From positions 2,059 through 66,058 of the forward strand of contig JBKBIZ010000008.1 in assembly GCA_046293975.1 (NCBI GenBank): a stretch of 64,000 nucleotides of DNA. Reading direction: 5' to 3'. The notes beneath the pieces were generated by a model that ran no database searches, was not told the DNA's origin, and worked only from the letters and a program-made list of their open reading frames with translations. Shown one piece after another: positions 27,732-38,253 of the stretch. Both the position numbers and the translations under genes were made by a program. How positions within the stretch are numbered: position 1 is the stretch's first letter; each line of letters begins with the position of its first letter. The stretch is from Hyphomonas sp. (GTDB lineage Bacteria > Pseudomonadota > Alphaproteobacteria > Caulobacterales > Hyphomonadaceae).

Positions 27732-29651
27732 ATGAATGTCCGCAATTTGGCGATCTGGGGCGCGCTTGCCCTTCTAGTAATTGGTATGGCTGTGATGATG
27801 GGCGGCAACCCTGAGGTTGCGCGGGCCCAGGTCACAAAGCTGTCAGAGATCTATACCCTTGCCGAACAGGGCAAGCTTACTGAAGCTACCCTGGGCAACA
27901 CCACCATCATCGTTAAGACCACAGACGGGCAAACGCTTAAAAGCGAGCTGCGCGCGCTGGACATGAAAACCGAAGATGTGCTCACCCAGAACAATGTTCC
28001 CTTCTCGGTAAAGCCCGATACCGGCCGCAATAACGTGGCGTCTGTTTTGCTGTCGATCCTGCCGATTCTTCTGATCGTTGGTTTTGTCTTCTTCATGATG
28101 CGCCAGATGCAGGGCGGCGGTGCACGCGGCGCGATGAGCTTTGGAAAATCCCGCGCCCGGCTGCTGACGGAAAAGCATGGCCGCGTGACGTTTGACGATG
28201 TTGCCGGCGTGGACGAAGCCAAGGAAGAATTGCAGGAAATCGTCGAATTCCTGCAAGACCCGTCCAAGTTCCAGCGCCTCGGCGGCAAGATCCCGAAAGG
28301 CGCGCTGCTGGTCGGCCCGCCCGGCACGGGCAAGACATTGCTGGCCCGCGCGGTTGCCGGTGAAGCCGGTGTGCCCTTCTTCTCGATCTCTGGCTCTGAC
28401 TTTGTCGAGATGTTTGTCGGCGTCGGCGCGAGCCGTGTGCGCGACATGTTCGAGCAGGCCAAGCGCTCTGCCCCGTGCATCATCTTCATTGACGAGATCG
28501 ACGCGGTCGGCCGCTCGCGCGGCGCAGGCCTCGGCGGCGGCAATGACGAGCGTGAGCAGACGCTGAACCAGCTCCTCGTCGAGATGGACGGTTTCGAAGC
28601 CAATGAAGGCATCATCATCATGGCGGCCACCAACCGCCCTGACGTGCTCGATCCTGCACTTCTGCGTCCCGGCCGGTTTGACCGTCAGGTCAATGTTGGC
28701 AATCCTGACATCATCGGCCGCGAGAAGATCCTGCGCGTGCACATGCGCAATGTGCCCCTCGCCAAAGATGTCGAGACCAAGACGATTGCACGTGGAACGC
28801 CGGGCTTTTCAGGCGCTGACCTTGCAAACCTTGTAAACGAAGCGGCGCTGCTCGCTGCTCGCCGCGGCAAGCGCGTCGTCGCGATGCAGGAATTTGAAGA
28901 CGCCAAGGACAAGGTTCTGATGGGACCAGAGCGCCGCTCGATGGTCATGTCGGAGAAGGAAAAAATCCTGACCGCCTGGCATGAAGCGGGCCACGCCGTT
29001 GTGGCAATGAAGGTTCCGGCCGCCGATCCTGTCCACAAGGCGACGATCATTCCGCGTGGCCGCGCGCTCGGCATGGTCATGCAGCTTCCCGAGGACGACA
29101 AGCTGTCGATGTCCAAGGTCGAGATGACTTCGCGTCTTGCCATCATCATGGGAGGCCGCGTCGCCGAAGAACTGAAGTTCGGCGATGATAATGTTACCGC
29201 GGGCGCAGCTTCCGATATTCAGCAAGCCACACGTCTAGCGCGCGCAATGGTTACGCGCTGGGGCTACTCGGACATTATCGGACCAGTGGATTACGGCTCT
29301 GACCAGGGCGATGTGTTCCTTGGCCAGCAGCTTATGCAGTCGAGCCATATTTCGGAAGAGACCTCGCGCAAGATCGAGGAAGAAGTCCGTAAGCTGATCG
29401 AACAGGGCAAGGAAGATGCCCGCAAGGTAATGACCGAATTCCGCAAGGAATGGGAAGCCATTGCTAACGGGCTGCTCGAATTCGAGACTCTGTCGGGCGA
29501 AGATATTGCGGGCCTTCTGTTAGGCACGCCGCCGAGCCGCCCGGACATCTCTGACGATGATGCCGGCCCGTCTTCCGCTGTGCCCGCGATCGGCAAGCGC
29601 AAGAAGCCCAAAGAGGGCGGTATCGGCGACGCAGAGCCCAGCCCGGCCTGA
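27732..29651 (+). CDS. ftsH: ATP-dependent zinc metalloprotease FtsH
   Basis: Two TMs, [29 protein letters not shown]. Confidence 0.98.
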   Translation: MNVRNLAIWGALALLVIGMAVMMGGNPEVARAQVTKLSEIYTLAEQGKLTEATLGNTTIIVKTTDGQTLKSELRALDMKTEDVLTQNNVPFSVKPDTGRNNVASVLLSILPILLIVGFVFFMMRQMQGGGARGAMSFGKSRARLLTEKHGRVTFDDVAGVDEAKEELQEIVEFLQDPSKFQRLGGKIPKGALLVGPPGTGKTLLARAVAGEAGVPFFSISGSDFVEMFVGVGASRVRDMFEQAKRSAPCIIFIDEIDAVGRSRGAGLGGGNDEREQTLNQLLVEMDGFEANEGIIIMAATNRPDVLDPALLRPGRFDRQVNVGNPDIIGREKILRVHMRNVPLAKDVETKTIARGTPGFSGADLANLVNEAALLAARRGKRVVAMQEFEDAKDKVLMGPERRSMVMSEKEKILTAWHEAGHAVVAMKVPAADPVHKATIIPRGRALGMVMQLPEDDKLSMSKVEMTSRLAIIMGGRVAEELKFGDDNVTAGAASDIQQATRLARAMVTRWGYSDIIGPVDYGSDQGDVFLGQQLMQSSHISEETSRKIEEEVRKLIEQGKEDARKVMTEFRKEWEAIANGLLEFETLSGEDIAGLLLGTPPSRPDISDDDAGPSSAVPAIGKRKKPKEGGIGDAEPSPA

Positions 29652-29673
29652 CGGATACGCTTCCAAGACAAAC

Positions 29674-29707
29674 AAAGCCCTTCCGCTCCGCCGGGAGGGC
29701 TTTTTTC
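29674..29707 (+). terminator. Terminator after ftsH
   Basis: AAAGCCCTTCCG..CGGGAGGGCTTTTTT. Confidence 0.85.
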
Positions 29708-29776
29708 ATTAGTCGATGCAGACAGCGAGTAAGAGCGAAGGCTTGCCTTTCCGGGGGGGGCGGATAGTCTGCCGCC

Positions 29777-30382
29777 ATGATGCTGAAACTGGCTGCTGCC
29801 CCCGCTTTCGCCCTCGTTCTTACCGCCTGCGCCACCGCGCCCGCAGGGCCGCCTGATCTTCCGTTTGCGGAGGGCCTTGCGGCGACCTGTGGCAAGGCTT
29901 TTGAAGGCCGGGTAGTCAGCCATGACGCGGTGGATGATGAGTGGCGCGAGAACCGGCTGGTTGTGCATGTGCGCGACTGCGAGCCGGGCATTTTCCGCCT
30001 GCCGCTGAGTGTCGGTGAGGACCGCTCGCGTACTTGGGTGCTTACGACCACAGGTGAGAATGGCGGCTGGGAACTGCGCCATGTTCATCGCCATGCGGAT
30101 GGCAGTCTCGACGCGCTGACCGATTATGGCGGCTTCTCGATTTCTGATCCCGGTGCTGCCCGCCAGGAATTTCCGGCTGACCAGTCCACAAAAGACCTGT
30201 TCGACAGGGAAGACATTCCCGTCTCCAAGACGAATGTCTGGGCGGTTGAAGTGCGGTCAGGCCAACAAATGTTCGCCTACGAACTGAAACGCCCGGAGCG
30301 TTTCTTCCGCGTCGAGGTCGATCTGTCGAAGCTGGTGGAAATTCCCCCGCCGCACTGGACCCCGCCTGCGCCTCCGATGTGA
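29777..30382 (+). CDS. Conserved hypothetical lipoprotein
   Basis: Lipobox LTAC; CGKAFEG, VGEDRSRTW, HVHRHADG..TDYGG. Confidence 0.75.
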   Translation: MMLKLAAAPAFALVLTACATAPAGPPDLPFAEGLAATCGKAFEGRVVSHDAVDDEWRENRLVVHVRDCEPGIFRLPLSVGEDRSRTWVLTTTGENGGWELRHVHRHADGSLDALTDYGGFSISDPGAARQEFPADQSTKDLFDREDIPVSKTNVWAVEVRSGQQMFAYELKRPERFFRVEVDLSKLVEIPPPHWTPPAPPM

Positions 30383-30434
30383 ATTCCGAGGCCAGCCGGT
30401 TCGCACGCCGGTCAGCCTCTATGTCCACCGGCCG

Positions 30435-30737
30435 GTGGAGGGCGCCTTTCATTCTGCATCGCGGTTTGAGCCGCCCTTTCCTGCGGCGGAAGTGGGGAAG
30501 GGCTGGCCCATCTGGATTCTGGAGCACAGGGGTCACGAGCTTTACTTCGCAAGCCGTGAAGAGATGAGCCATGTCGCCAGTGTGCTGGGGCAGAAGATTC
30601 TTCCCGATCCGCGCGTTCTGGGCGCCGAGTTTGGCACCGTGAACGCTCACTGGCTTTCGCGCATGGATAAGGCCTGGCTGAGCTGGAAAGTGCGGCAGGA
30701 GGTGGTGCGCCGTCTGGCAGCTGTCTGTGCGCCTTAG
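30435..30737 (+). CDS. Hypothetical protein (true start possibly upstream, CTG 30366)
   Basis: Coding-like frame (PPFP..GWP..FAS..LGQKILP..HWLSRM); the frame is also open upstream. Confidence 0.55.
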   Translation: MEGAFHSASRFEPPFPAAEVGKGWPIWILEHRGHELYFASREEMSHVASVLGQKILPDPRVLGAEFGTVNAHWLSRMDKAWLSWKVRQEVVRRLAAVCAP

Positions 30738-30812
30738 TTCATCCCGGCCTAGAAAACTTCTTCCCAAAGTTGTCCGTCTGATTAGATTGGATCGAGGACT
30801 CTTGGAGGGGTT

Positions 30813-31535
30813 ATGACTGAGACGACATTACAGCCTGCCGCGTTATCAAGACGGAGAGGCGGGCCGACCGGATATGAATATGAGAGTGGTGTCTGCCGGC
30901 CCCTTCACCCATTTCAGAAACCCCTCTCCGTGCTTCTGGTTCTGTATGTTGTCGCCTGTGCTCTTCTGGGGTTAGCGGCGCTTTATTGGATTGTAGATCA
31001 CCGCTTTTTTGACGCCGAGGCGCTGGCCTATGCCGACCCGGAAGGGGAGGAGGCCCTGATTCTGGCGCTTGGCATCTTCTCTCTTGTGGCGCTCGCTGAG
31101 CGGCTCCTCATGTTTACCTGTGCTTTCCTGGTCGGGCGCTTCACGTTCAGGGCAATGAAGAACATTTACACGGTTCGCAGCCCGGTCCCCGATATGTCGC
31201 CTATCGGTACGGTGCTCTGGTATCTGGTTCCCTTTGCCAATTTCGTGAAGCCATCCCAAGGAGTCCACGAAATCTATCAGGGCTCTTTTGAGGAGGCGGG
31301 GCTGCCTGTGAAGAATGGGGTCGTCTCGAAATGGTGGGCTGCCTGGATCATTTCCGTGATTGCCGGAATGGTTTCGAATTTCAGTTATGCGTCCTCCGCG
31401 GTCGTTTTCGGGGCCGTCATCATATGGGTTATTGCGGCGGCGATAGCGGCGGTTCTGCTGCGCGGCATCATCAACGAGGTCACCGAAGCGCAGGAGGCGA
31501 TGATTGTCGGTGGGCGGGTGTCTGCGTTTGATTGA
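30813..31535 (+). CDS. DUF4328-like membrane protein
   Basis: GGAGG SD; TMs; SPIGTVLWYLVPFANFVKP..EIY..WWAAW. Confidence 0.7.
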   Translation: MTETTLQPAALSRRRGGPTGYEYESGVCRPLHPFQKPLSVLLVLYVVACALLGLAALYWIVDHRFFDAEALAYADPEGEEALILALGIFSLVALAERLLMFTCAFLVGRFTFRAMKNIYTVRSPVPDMSPIGTVLWYLVPFANFVKPSQGVHEIYQGSFEEAGLPVKNGVVSKWWAAWIISVIAGMVSNFSYASSAVVFGAVIIWVIAAAIAAVLLRGIINEVTEAQEAMIVGGRVSAFD

Positions 31536-31619
31536 CACCGCCCCGGCTTCCCAAGGGCCGTCTCGCGCGATAGACACCCGCGACAGCTGAGAAACCAGAC
31601 AATATCGAGGGGTTTTCCC

Positions 31620-32378
31620 ATGGCCGGGCATAGTAAATGGGCCAATATCCAGCACCGTAAGGGTAAGCAGGACAAGAAGCGCGCGGTCCTTTTCGCGCGC
31701 CTGTCGAAGGAGATAACGGTCGCCTCTAAAATGGGCGGGCCTGATCCGAACATGAACCCGCGCCTGCGCCTGGCGATCACCAACGCCAAGGGCGTGTCAG
31801 TGCCCAAAGACAATATCCAGCGCGCCATCGACAAGGGGCAGAGCAGCGGCGGGGCAGACTATGCCGATATCCGCTATGAAGGCGTTGGCCCGGGTGGCGT
31901 TGGCATCATCATTGAGGCCTCGACCGACAACAAGAACCGCGCCGCGACCGATATCCGCACGGCGTTCTCGAAGAATGGCGGCGCGCTGGGGACGACGGGG
32001 TCTGTTTCTTTCAATTTCGACCAGCTCGGCGAGATCGAGTATCCGGTAAGCGCCGGGACGGCCGACGAAGTTATGGAAGCGGCGATTATGGCGGGCGCGC
32101 AGGACGTGGAGTCGAATGAGGAAGGCCACTGGATCTATACCGCGCGGGAAGACTTCGCGGCCGTATCGACAGCGCTGGCCGAGACGTTCGGAAGCAAGGT
32201 AGAGCCGACCTCAGCCAAGATCATCTGGAAACCGAAGGTGACCACGCCGGTCTCAGGCGATGCCGCCGATCAGCTGATGAAGATGCTTGATGTGCTCGAC
32301 GAGCTTGATGACGTGCAGAGCGTCTATGACAATTCGGAACTTTCCGAGGAAGAGTTGGCACGTCTCTCCGGGGGCTGA
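31620..32378 (+). CDS. yebC: YebC/PmpR family protein
   Basis: MAGHSKWANIQHRK, GPDPNMNPRLR, YEGVGPGG, DDVQSVY. Confidence 0.97.
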   Translation: MAGHSKWANIQHRKGKQDKKRAVLFARLSKEITVASKMGGPDPNMNPRLRLAITNAKGVSVPKDNIQRAIDKGQSSGGADYADIRYEGVGPGGVGIIIEASTDNKNRAATDIRTAFSKNGGALGTTGSVSFNFDQLGEIEYPVSAGTADEVMEAAIMAGAQDVESNEEGHWIYTAREDFAAVSTALAETFGSKVEPTSAKIIWKPKVTTPVSGDAADQLMKMLDVLDELDDVQSVYDNSELSEEELARLSGG

Positions 32379-33554
32379 TTATTCCTCGACGCCGAGGCCC
32401 AGGCTTTCCAGAATGCTTTCCGTATCCGCGCCGGGGCGCGGGGGTGGCAGGCGCAGGCTGGCGGGGGTTTCAGAAAAGTGGACCGGGTGGCGCATGGTGC
32501 GATACCTGCCCGCTTCGGGGTGGTCAGCTTCGGCAAAGAAGCCGGTGGCCACAAGATGCGGATCGGTCAGCACTTCGGCGATGGTATTGTAGCGCATGGC
32601 CGGGATATCGGCTTTGTCCATCAGCTCTAACCATTCGCCAGTTGTCTTCGTCGCGCTGACTTTCTCAATGAGGGCGTAAAGTTCACCAACATGCTCCGTG
32701 CGCGCCTGATAGGTGGAAAAGCGCGGGTCTTTGAAGATATCTGGCATACCGCCGATCTGGAAAAATTTCTCCCATTGCTCATCCGAATACGGAACAAGTC
32801 CGATAAAGCCGTCCTTGGTGGGGTAAGGGCGGCGATTGGGGTTGATTGAGCGGGTATAGGCGAGCTTTCCATTGCCGGGCAGAAAGGTCTCACCATAGAG
32901 ATTCTCGACCATGTTGAAGAAGGTAAAGCTCTCAAGCATCGGCACCTGCACGAACTGGCCCTTGCCCGTGCGGGCGCGATGGAGCAGCGCGGCGAGGGTT
33001 GCATAGGTCGCAAAGAGGCCCGCTGTCTTGTCGGCAACGAGGGAGGGGGCGTATTCGGGCCGGCCGCCTGAGCGCAGGGCGTTGAGATCGGCAAAGCCTG
33101 ACGCACCCTGGATAAGGTCGTCATAGGCCTGGCGATGCTCATAGGGGCCGCCTTTGCCAAAGCCTGCGCAATGGACATAGACAATGTCTTCCTTCAGCGC
33201 CTTGACCTGCTCATAGCCAAAGCCGAGCCGCTCCATGCCTGCCAGACGCACATTGTGGAAAAAGCAGTCCGCCGTTTTCAGAAGCTCGGTGAGGGTGGCC
33301 TTTCCTTCCGACGTCTTGGCGTCGAGCGTCAGCGCACGCTTGTTACGATTAAGCGCCATATAAATGGGGCCGAGATCGCCGGTGGGAGAGGCGCCCGCAT
33401 AGCGCATCGTATCGCGCTTCTTGGGGGGTTCGATCTTGATGACCTCTGCCCCGAGATCGGCGAGAATCAGGGTTGCGAACGGGCCGAGAACGACAGAGCT
33501 CATATCGACGATACGCATACCCGAGAGTGGGCCGGGGCGGGACTTATCGTTCAT
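32379..33554 (-). CDS. Family III CoA-transferase (CaiB/BaiF)
   Basis: GPLSGMRIVD, LADLGAEVIKIE, NRNKR, AYDDLIQ. Confidence 0.93.
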   Translation of the reverse strand: MNDKSRPGPLSGMRIVDMSSVVLGPFATLILADLGAEVIKIEPPKKRDTMRYAGASPTGDLGPIYMALNRNKRALTLDAKTSEGKATLTELLKTADCFFHNVRLAGMERLGFGYEQVKALKEDIVYVHCAGFGKGGPYEHRQAYDDLIQGASGFADLNALRSGGRPEYAPSLVADKTAGLFATYATLAALLHRARTGKGQFVQVPMLESFTFFNMVENLYGETFLPGNGKLAYTRSINPNRRPYPTKDGFIGLVPYSDEQWEKFFQIGGMPDIFKDPRFSTYQARTEHVGELYALIEKVSATKTTGEWLELMDKADIPAMRYNTIAEVLTDPHLVATGFFAEADHPEAGRYRTMRHPVHFSETPASLRLPPPRPGADTESILESLGLGVEE

Positions 33555-33620
33555 TAAGGGCCTCCATGTTTTTCGGTAAGTGCCCGCAGCCTGCCCTTAA
33601 GATCAAGGCATGCCCCTGCG

Positions 33621-35048
33621 TTATCGCGCTAGGGCGAGGCGGGCTTGTTCGATTTGGCGGGTCTTGGCCTCGAAGAGCGACCAGTCATCGGCATCGGCAA
33701 TCAGTGACCAGAGTGCCTCTACGTCCTCAATGATGAGGCTGACGGGTTCAGGCTGCTGGAAATAGGCCTCGGCGAGGCGTTCGGGGCGTTCTGGATCACG
33801 GTCCATCAAGACGGTGCGGACAGGCGTAAAGGCGGCATGGGCGTAGAGGCCTGATTGAGGGGAGGCGGCGGCGCGGGCCGCGCTGGCGGAGCCACCGAAC
33901 CAATCAAAGAATGTTTGCGGCCAGTTCGCGCCGCTCTCCGTCATCCAGGCATAGAACATTTGCAGAAATGAAATGTCCGTGGCGGCGTCACCGCTCGGCT
34001 TCAGGCCGAGCAGGGCGTGGGTATGGGCGGAAAAGCTCTCGCGATAAGCGGCCTCGTAAGGGATCAGCGCCTTGGCGAGATCGTCCGCCTCGGCAAGGAG
34101 GAGCATGGACGAGGCGAGCTGCTGGAGCGCCCATCCGCCCTGCACGGGCTGGCGGCCGAAGCGGTAAAGGCCCTGCTGGTCGAAATAGGCGGCGGTGAAA
34201 TTCGGATCGGAGACGGGCAGGAAGCGCCACGGGCCGAAATCGAAGGTCTCGCCCGTGATGTTGAAATTGTCGGTGTTCATGACGCCGTGCACGAAGCCAG
34301 CGGCCATCCACTGGCCGATCATCCGGCCGGTTGCGATGGCGATCTGTTCCAGCAGTTTGCAGGTCTTGCGTGCCGTGTCCGTATCCTCGGCGCCGGGATA
34401 GAATTCCGCGACGCAATAATCGACGAGGCGCGCCAGGCTCTCGCGGTCCTCCATCCAGGCGCAGCGCTGGAAGGTGCCGAAGCGGACATGGCTGTGCGAG
34501 AGGCGGACAAGTACGGCAGAGCGGGTGGGGGAGGGTTCATCATTGCGGCTGAGCTGCTCGCCGGTCTCTATCAGGCTGAAGGCTTTTGACGTGTTGACGC
34601 CCAGAGCCTCCAGATAGTTTGCCGCGAGGATCTCCCGGACGCCGCCCTTGAGCGTGAGCCGTCCATCGCCCTGGCGGGACCACGGCGTCTGGCCCGAGCC
34701 CTTGGTGCCAAGGTCGAGCAGGCGGCCCGCCTTGTCGCGCAGCTGGGCGAAGAGAAAGCCGCGCCCGTCTCCGAGCTGGGGATTGTAGGTTCCAAACTGG
34801 TGGCCGTGATAGCGCATGGCGAGGGGCTGCGGCAGGTTTCCGGGCAGGGCGGTAAAGCGCCCAAAATGCGCGATCCATGCCTCATCCGTCAGGTCGCCGA
34901 GGCCTGTTTCGGCCGCCCAGCGCTGGTTGCGCCAACGCAACAGGGTGGCGGGAAAATCTGCCGGCGCCACCGCATCGGCGAAAGATTCCGCAATGCGAAG
35001 AAAGGGCGGCAGGGAAGCCGGGGCCGGTTCTGAAGAGCTGTTCTGCAT
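33621..35048 (-). CDS. selO: Protein adenylyltransferase SelO (YdiU)
   Basis: YHGHQFG..LGDGRG, KGSGQTPWSR.GDGR, GFVHGVMNTDN, DFGP. Confidence 0.93.
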   Translation of the reverse strand: MQNSSSEPAPASLPPFLRIAESFADAVAPADFPATLLRWRNQRWAAETGLGDLTDEAWIAHFGRFTALPGNLPQPLAMRYHGHQFGTYNPQLGDGRGFLFAQLRDKAGRLLDLGTKGSGQTPWSRQGDGRLTLKGGVREILAANYLEALGVNTSKAFSLIETGEQLSRNDEPSPTRSAVLVRLSHSHVRFGTFQRCAWMEDRESLARLVDYCVAEFYPGAEDTDTARKTCKLLEQIAIATGRMIGQWMAAGFVHGVMNTDNFNITGETFDFGPWRFLPVSDPNFTAAYFDQQGLYRFGRQPVQGGWALQQLASSMLLLAEADDLAKALIPYEAAYRESFSAHTHALLGLKPSGDAATDISFLQMFYAWMTESGANWPQTFFDWFGGSASAARAAASPQSGLYAHAAFTPVRTVLMDRDPERPERLAEAYFQQPEPVSLIIEDVEALWSLIADADDWSLFEAKTRQIEQARLALAR

Positions 35049-35235
35049 GAAATACACCAGCTTGTGGGTGAGCGAAGGAAGTATGTCGGCGCGCAAAGGT
35101 TCTTTTTTTGTATGCAGCGGCGCAGCACAAGTCACCCCTTTGCGGCCTCGCAATACCGCATAAGAGTGAGATGTGTCCAATCAATGACAAGCGGCAAAAG
35201 CTTGCGCCTGGACAGGTTAAAACGGGAGGAAACGA

Positions 35236-38118
35236 ATGAAGCATTTCAAAGGAATGCTCCTTTGCGCCTCAGCGATTGCGCTGAGCGGCGTTCTGGGGGC
35301 GCAAGCACAACAGGAAGATGGTGAGCGCAAGCTTAGCACGGTGACGGTTACGGGTTCCTATATCCAGGGCAGCCCGGAAGATGCCGCCCTGCCGGTAGAC
35401 GTGCTCACCGCGGCGGACCTTGTTCTTGAGGGCAAGCCGTCGGTAACCGAGCTGATCCGGAATCTGGGCGTCTCGTCCGGTGTCGATGGTCAGACCAACC
35501 AGTTTGCCTCAAACGGCCTGGAAGGCACGTCAAACGTGAACCTTCGGGGCTTGGGGCCCGCGCGGACGCTCGTACTCATAAATGGGCGACGCCACACATT
35601 CCATCCATATTCCATTGGCGAGCAGGCGCAGCTGTTTGTCGATACCAACAGCATTCCGTCCATCGCCATTGGCCGCATTGAGGTTCTCAAGGACGGTGCT
35701 GCGGCTCTTTATGGGTCCGATGCGATTGCCGGCGTCGTCAACTTCATTACCCGGGACGACCTTGAGGGGTTTGAAATCGGGGGGTCATACCAGACCTTCG
35801 AAGGCACAGACGGAGAATATGACATTTCCGCCGCCTATGGCTTCCAGGGCTCAAACTTTAACTGGATCACTTCGATCGGATATCAGTTCCGCAATGAAGT
35901 GGCGATGACTGAAAAGGATTGGGGCATACAGCCTTACGCCAACAACCCGGTAGGAGGGTGGTCGGCCATCTCGAATCCAGGACGCTTTGTTCCACTTAGC
36001 GCAGGCTTAACGCCTCTGGCGGCGAACGTGAACGATGTCGGGTGTGTACCTCTCGGCGGCACACTGGCACCGACCTGCGTGTTCAATTTCACGCAGTTCG
36101 ATAACCTGGTCGAAGAAGAAGAACGGTTCCAGTTCCTCACGGAATATAACCGGCAACTCGGCAATGGCGCAGAGCTGCACCTTGAGCTGATGTATGCGCA
36201 GACCGATGTTCCAACCTGGAAAACATCGCCTTCCTATCCGCCGCAGGTTCTGACCAATCAGGTCGTGCTCGCAAGCCATCCCGCCTTCCAGCAATATATG
36301 GCGGATAATCCGGGTGCATTCCCGGCAGGCACGGCCGCAGCCCTGTTCATTGGCCGGTCATTCGGTCTGGGTGGTTTCCCCGGTACCGGTGGTGCCCAGG
36401 AGGGCAGCCGTGACTATAATACCTGGCGTGGCTCTGGCTCGCTTACCGGCAGCTTTGAAAACAACACCAACTATGATGTAGGCCTGTCCTACTCGACGAC
36501 TGAAGGGTATCGCAGCACCAACGACACTTACATCACGGGCCTGACATCAGCGCTTCGTGGCTTTGGTGTCTGTACTGACCCCAATACGGGATTTGATCCG
36601 GCCACAGGAACTGTGCCCTACGCGCCCGGATATACCGGAACACTGACAGCAGGGGCTGGGGCATGCGAATACTACAATCCATTCTCCAACGGCATCGCCG
36701 CCAACGCAGTTACCGGTGTGCAGAACCCAGGTTATGTGCCCGGTCTTGAAAACTCGGTCACACTTGCCGAATGGCTGACTGATCCGAGCGAAACCACGGC
36801 GACGACCGAGCTGCTGGTGTTTGACGCCGTATTATCAGGCACAAGCAATGTTCAGGCATCGGGCGGTGCTATTGGTTGGGCCGCAGGGGCTCAGGTCCGC
36901 CGGGAAAGTTTCAAGGTGGAGCCGTCAGCACTGACTGATTTGAGCGTTACGCCTGGACCTGGCGGTACAGGTCCGTATTCCTTCCTTGCAGGGACAAATG
37001 CTGTCGACAGAGAGCAGACTATCTATGCTGTCTTCGGCGAGCTTCAGGTTCCGCTTTTTGACAACCTCGATATGCAGGTTGCGGTCCGCTACGAGGACTA
37101 TGGCGGTTCCATCGGCTCGACATTTGACCCCAAGGTCGCAGCCAAGTGGCAGGTGACCAACAACTTTGCTTTTCGCGGCTCAGCTCAGACCTCGTTCCGG
37201 GGCCCAACGCTGAACCAACTCGATGGCGTTGGCACAACCCTGCAATTCGTGTCGGCGGCGTCTGCCTTCAAGGCGATTGATCAGTTCGGGAACCCGGACC
37301 TCAAGCCTGAATCCGCGTTCAGCTTCAACTTTGGTGCCCTCTTCGAACAAGGTGGCTTCAATGCTTCGCTGGACTACTACAATTTCGACTTTGAAGACCC
37401 GATCATCGTGGAAGAACAGTCGAACATTGTGGCCGCTGCGGTTGTCGCACTGCAGGCGGGGGATCTTTCGGCCCCGATCCTCAGCCGGATCACTTTCAAT
37501 GATCCCAACAACATCATAACGGGTCCGCAACCCTCACCTAGAGCGGGCTCTGACATTGCGCGTGTACGGACAGGCGTTGTAAACGGCCCGAACATCAAGA
37601 CGTCCGGTGTCGACCTTCGCCTGGCCAATACTTTCGGCGGCACGCCGATGGGGGGTGAGGTTTCTGTTGGACTCGATGCGACTTACATCATCGAATACGA
37701 GGTGGCGCCTTACTTTGTTGAGGGTGTCTCGATCGGCGGCGGGGACTATGTCGGCCAGTTCAACCGGTCGAATTTCACGCGCTCCATGCCACAATGGAAG
37801 GCCAATGTGTTTGCCAACTATGCGCTTGGCGACCACAACTTCCGCGCTGTGATGCGTCACATCGACAGCTACAAGGATGAGCGCGCGGCAGCCGCACGGG
37901 GCGGGGTTGGTGAAGAGATCGACTCTCAAACCACGTTCGATCTTTTCTATAACTGGAAAGCACCGTTCGAGTTTGAACTCGGCCTCGGCGTTGTCAACGT
38001 TACGGATGAAGATCCTCCATTCGCGGCGTTCGATCTGAACTATGATCCTTATACGCATAATCCGTTCGGGCGTACCTTCAAGGTCAGCGTGACCAAACGC
38101 TTCGGCGCTGGTAACTGA
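35236..38118 (+). CDS. TonB-dependent receptor
   Basis: Signal peptide, TonB box TVTVTGS, NLRGLG..RTLVLINGRR, IEVLKDGAAALYGSDAIAGVVNFI. Confidence 0.95.
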   Translation: MKHFKGMLLCASAIALSGVLGAQAQQEDGERKLSTVTVTGSYIQGSPEDAALPVDVLTAADLVLEGKPSVTELIRNLGVSSGVDGQTNQFASNGLEGTSNVNLRGLGPARTLVLINGRRHTFHPYSIGEQAQLFVDTNSIPSIAIGRIEVLKDGAAALYGSDAIAGVVNFITRDDLEGFEIGGSYQTFEGTDGEYDISAAYGFQGSNFNWITSIGYQFRNEVAMTEKDWGIQPYANNPVGGWSAISNPGRFVPLSAGLTPLAANVNDVGCVPLGGTLAPTCVFNFTQFDNLVEEEERFQFLTEYNRQLGNGAELHLELMYAQTDVPTWKTSPSYPPQVLTNQVVLASHPAFQQYMADNPGAFPAGTAAALFIGRSFGLGGFPGTGGAQEGSRDYNTWRGSGSLTGSFENNTNYDVGLSYSTTEGYRSTNDTYITGLTSALRGFGVCTDPNTGFDPATGTVPYAPGYTGTLTAGAGACEYYNPFSNGIAANAVTGVQNPGYVPGLENSVTLAEWLTDPSETTATTELLVFDAVLSGTSNVQASGGAIGWAAGAQVRRESFKVEPSALTDLSVTPGPGGTGPYSFLAGTNAVDREQTIYAVFGELQVPLFDNLDMQVAVRYEDYGGSIGSTFDPKVAAKWQVTNNFAFRGSAQTSFRGPTLNQLDGVGTTLQFVSAASAFKAIDQFGNPDLKPESAFSFNFGALFEQGGFNASLDYYNFDFEDPIIVEEQSNIVAAAVVALQAGDLSAPILSRITFNDPNNIITGPQPSPRAGSDIARVRTGVVNGPNIKTSGVDLRLANTFGGTPMGGEVSVGLDATYIIEYEVAPYFVEGVSIGGGDYVGQFNRSNFTRSMPQWKANVFANYALGDHNFRAVMRHIDSYKDERAAAARGGVGEEIDSQTTFDLFYNWKAPFEFELGLGVVNVTDEDPPFAAFDLNYDPYTHNPFGRTFKVSVTKRFGAGN

Positions 38119-38147
38119 TAGAAGTAATTTTCGAATTGATATCCTTT

Positions 38148-38220
38148 GAGGCGGCTCCCGGAAACGGGGGCCGCTTTTCTTTTGCGCCAAGAAAAAAGGG
38201 CGGCCCGGAGGCCGCCCTTC
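38148..38220. terminator. Back-to-back terminators for the convergent TonB receptors
   Basis: GCGGCTCCCG-GAAA-CGGGGGCCGC+TTTTCTTTT (+); AAAAAAGGGCGGC-CCGGAG-GCCGCCCTT (-). Confidence 0.85.
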
Positions 38221-38253
38221 TGAGGATGTGTCTCTGGCCCAGGGGCCGGGGAC

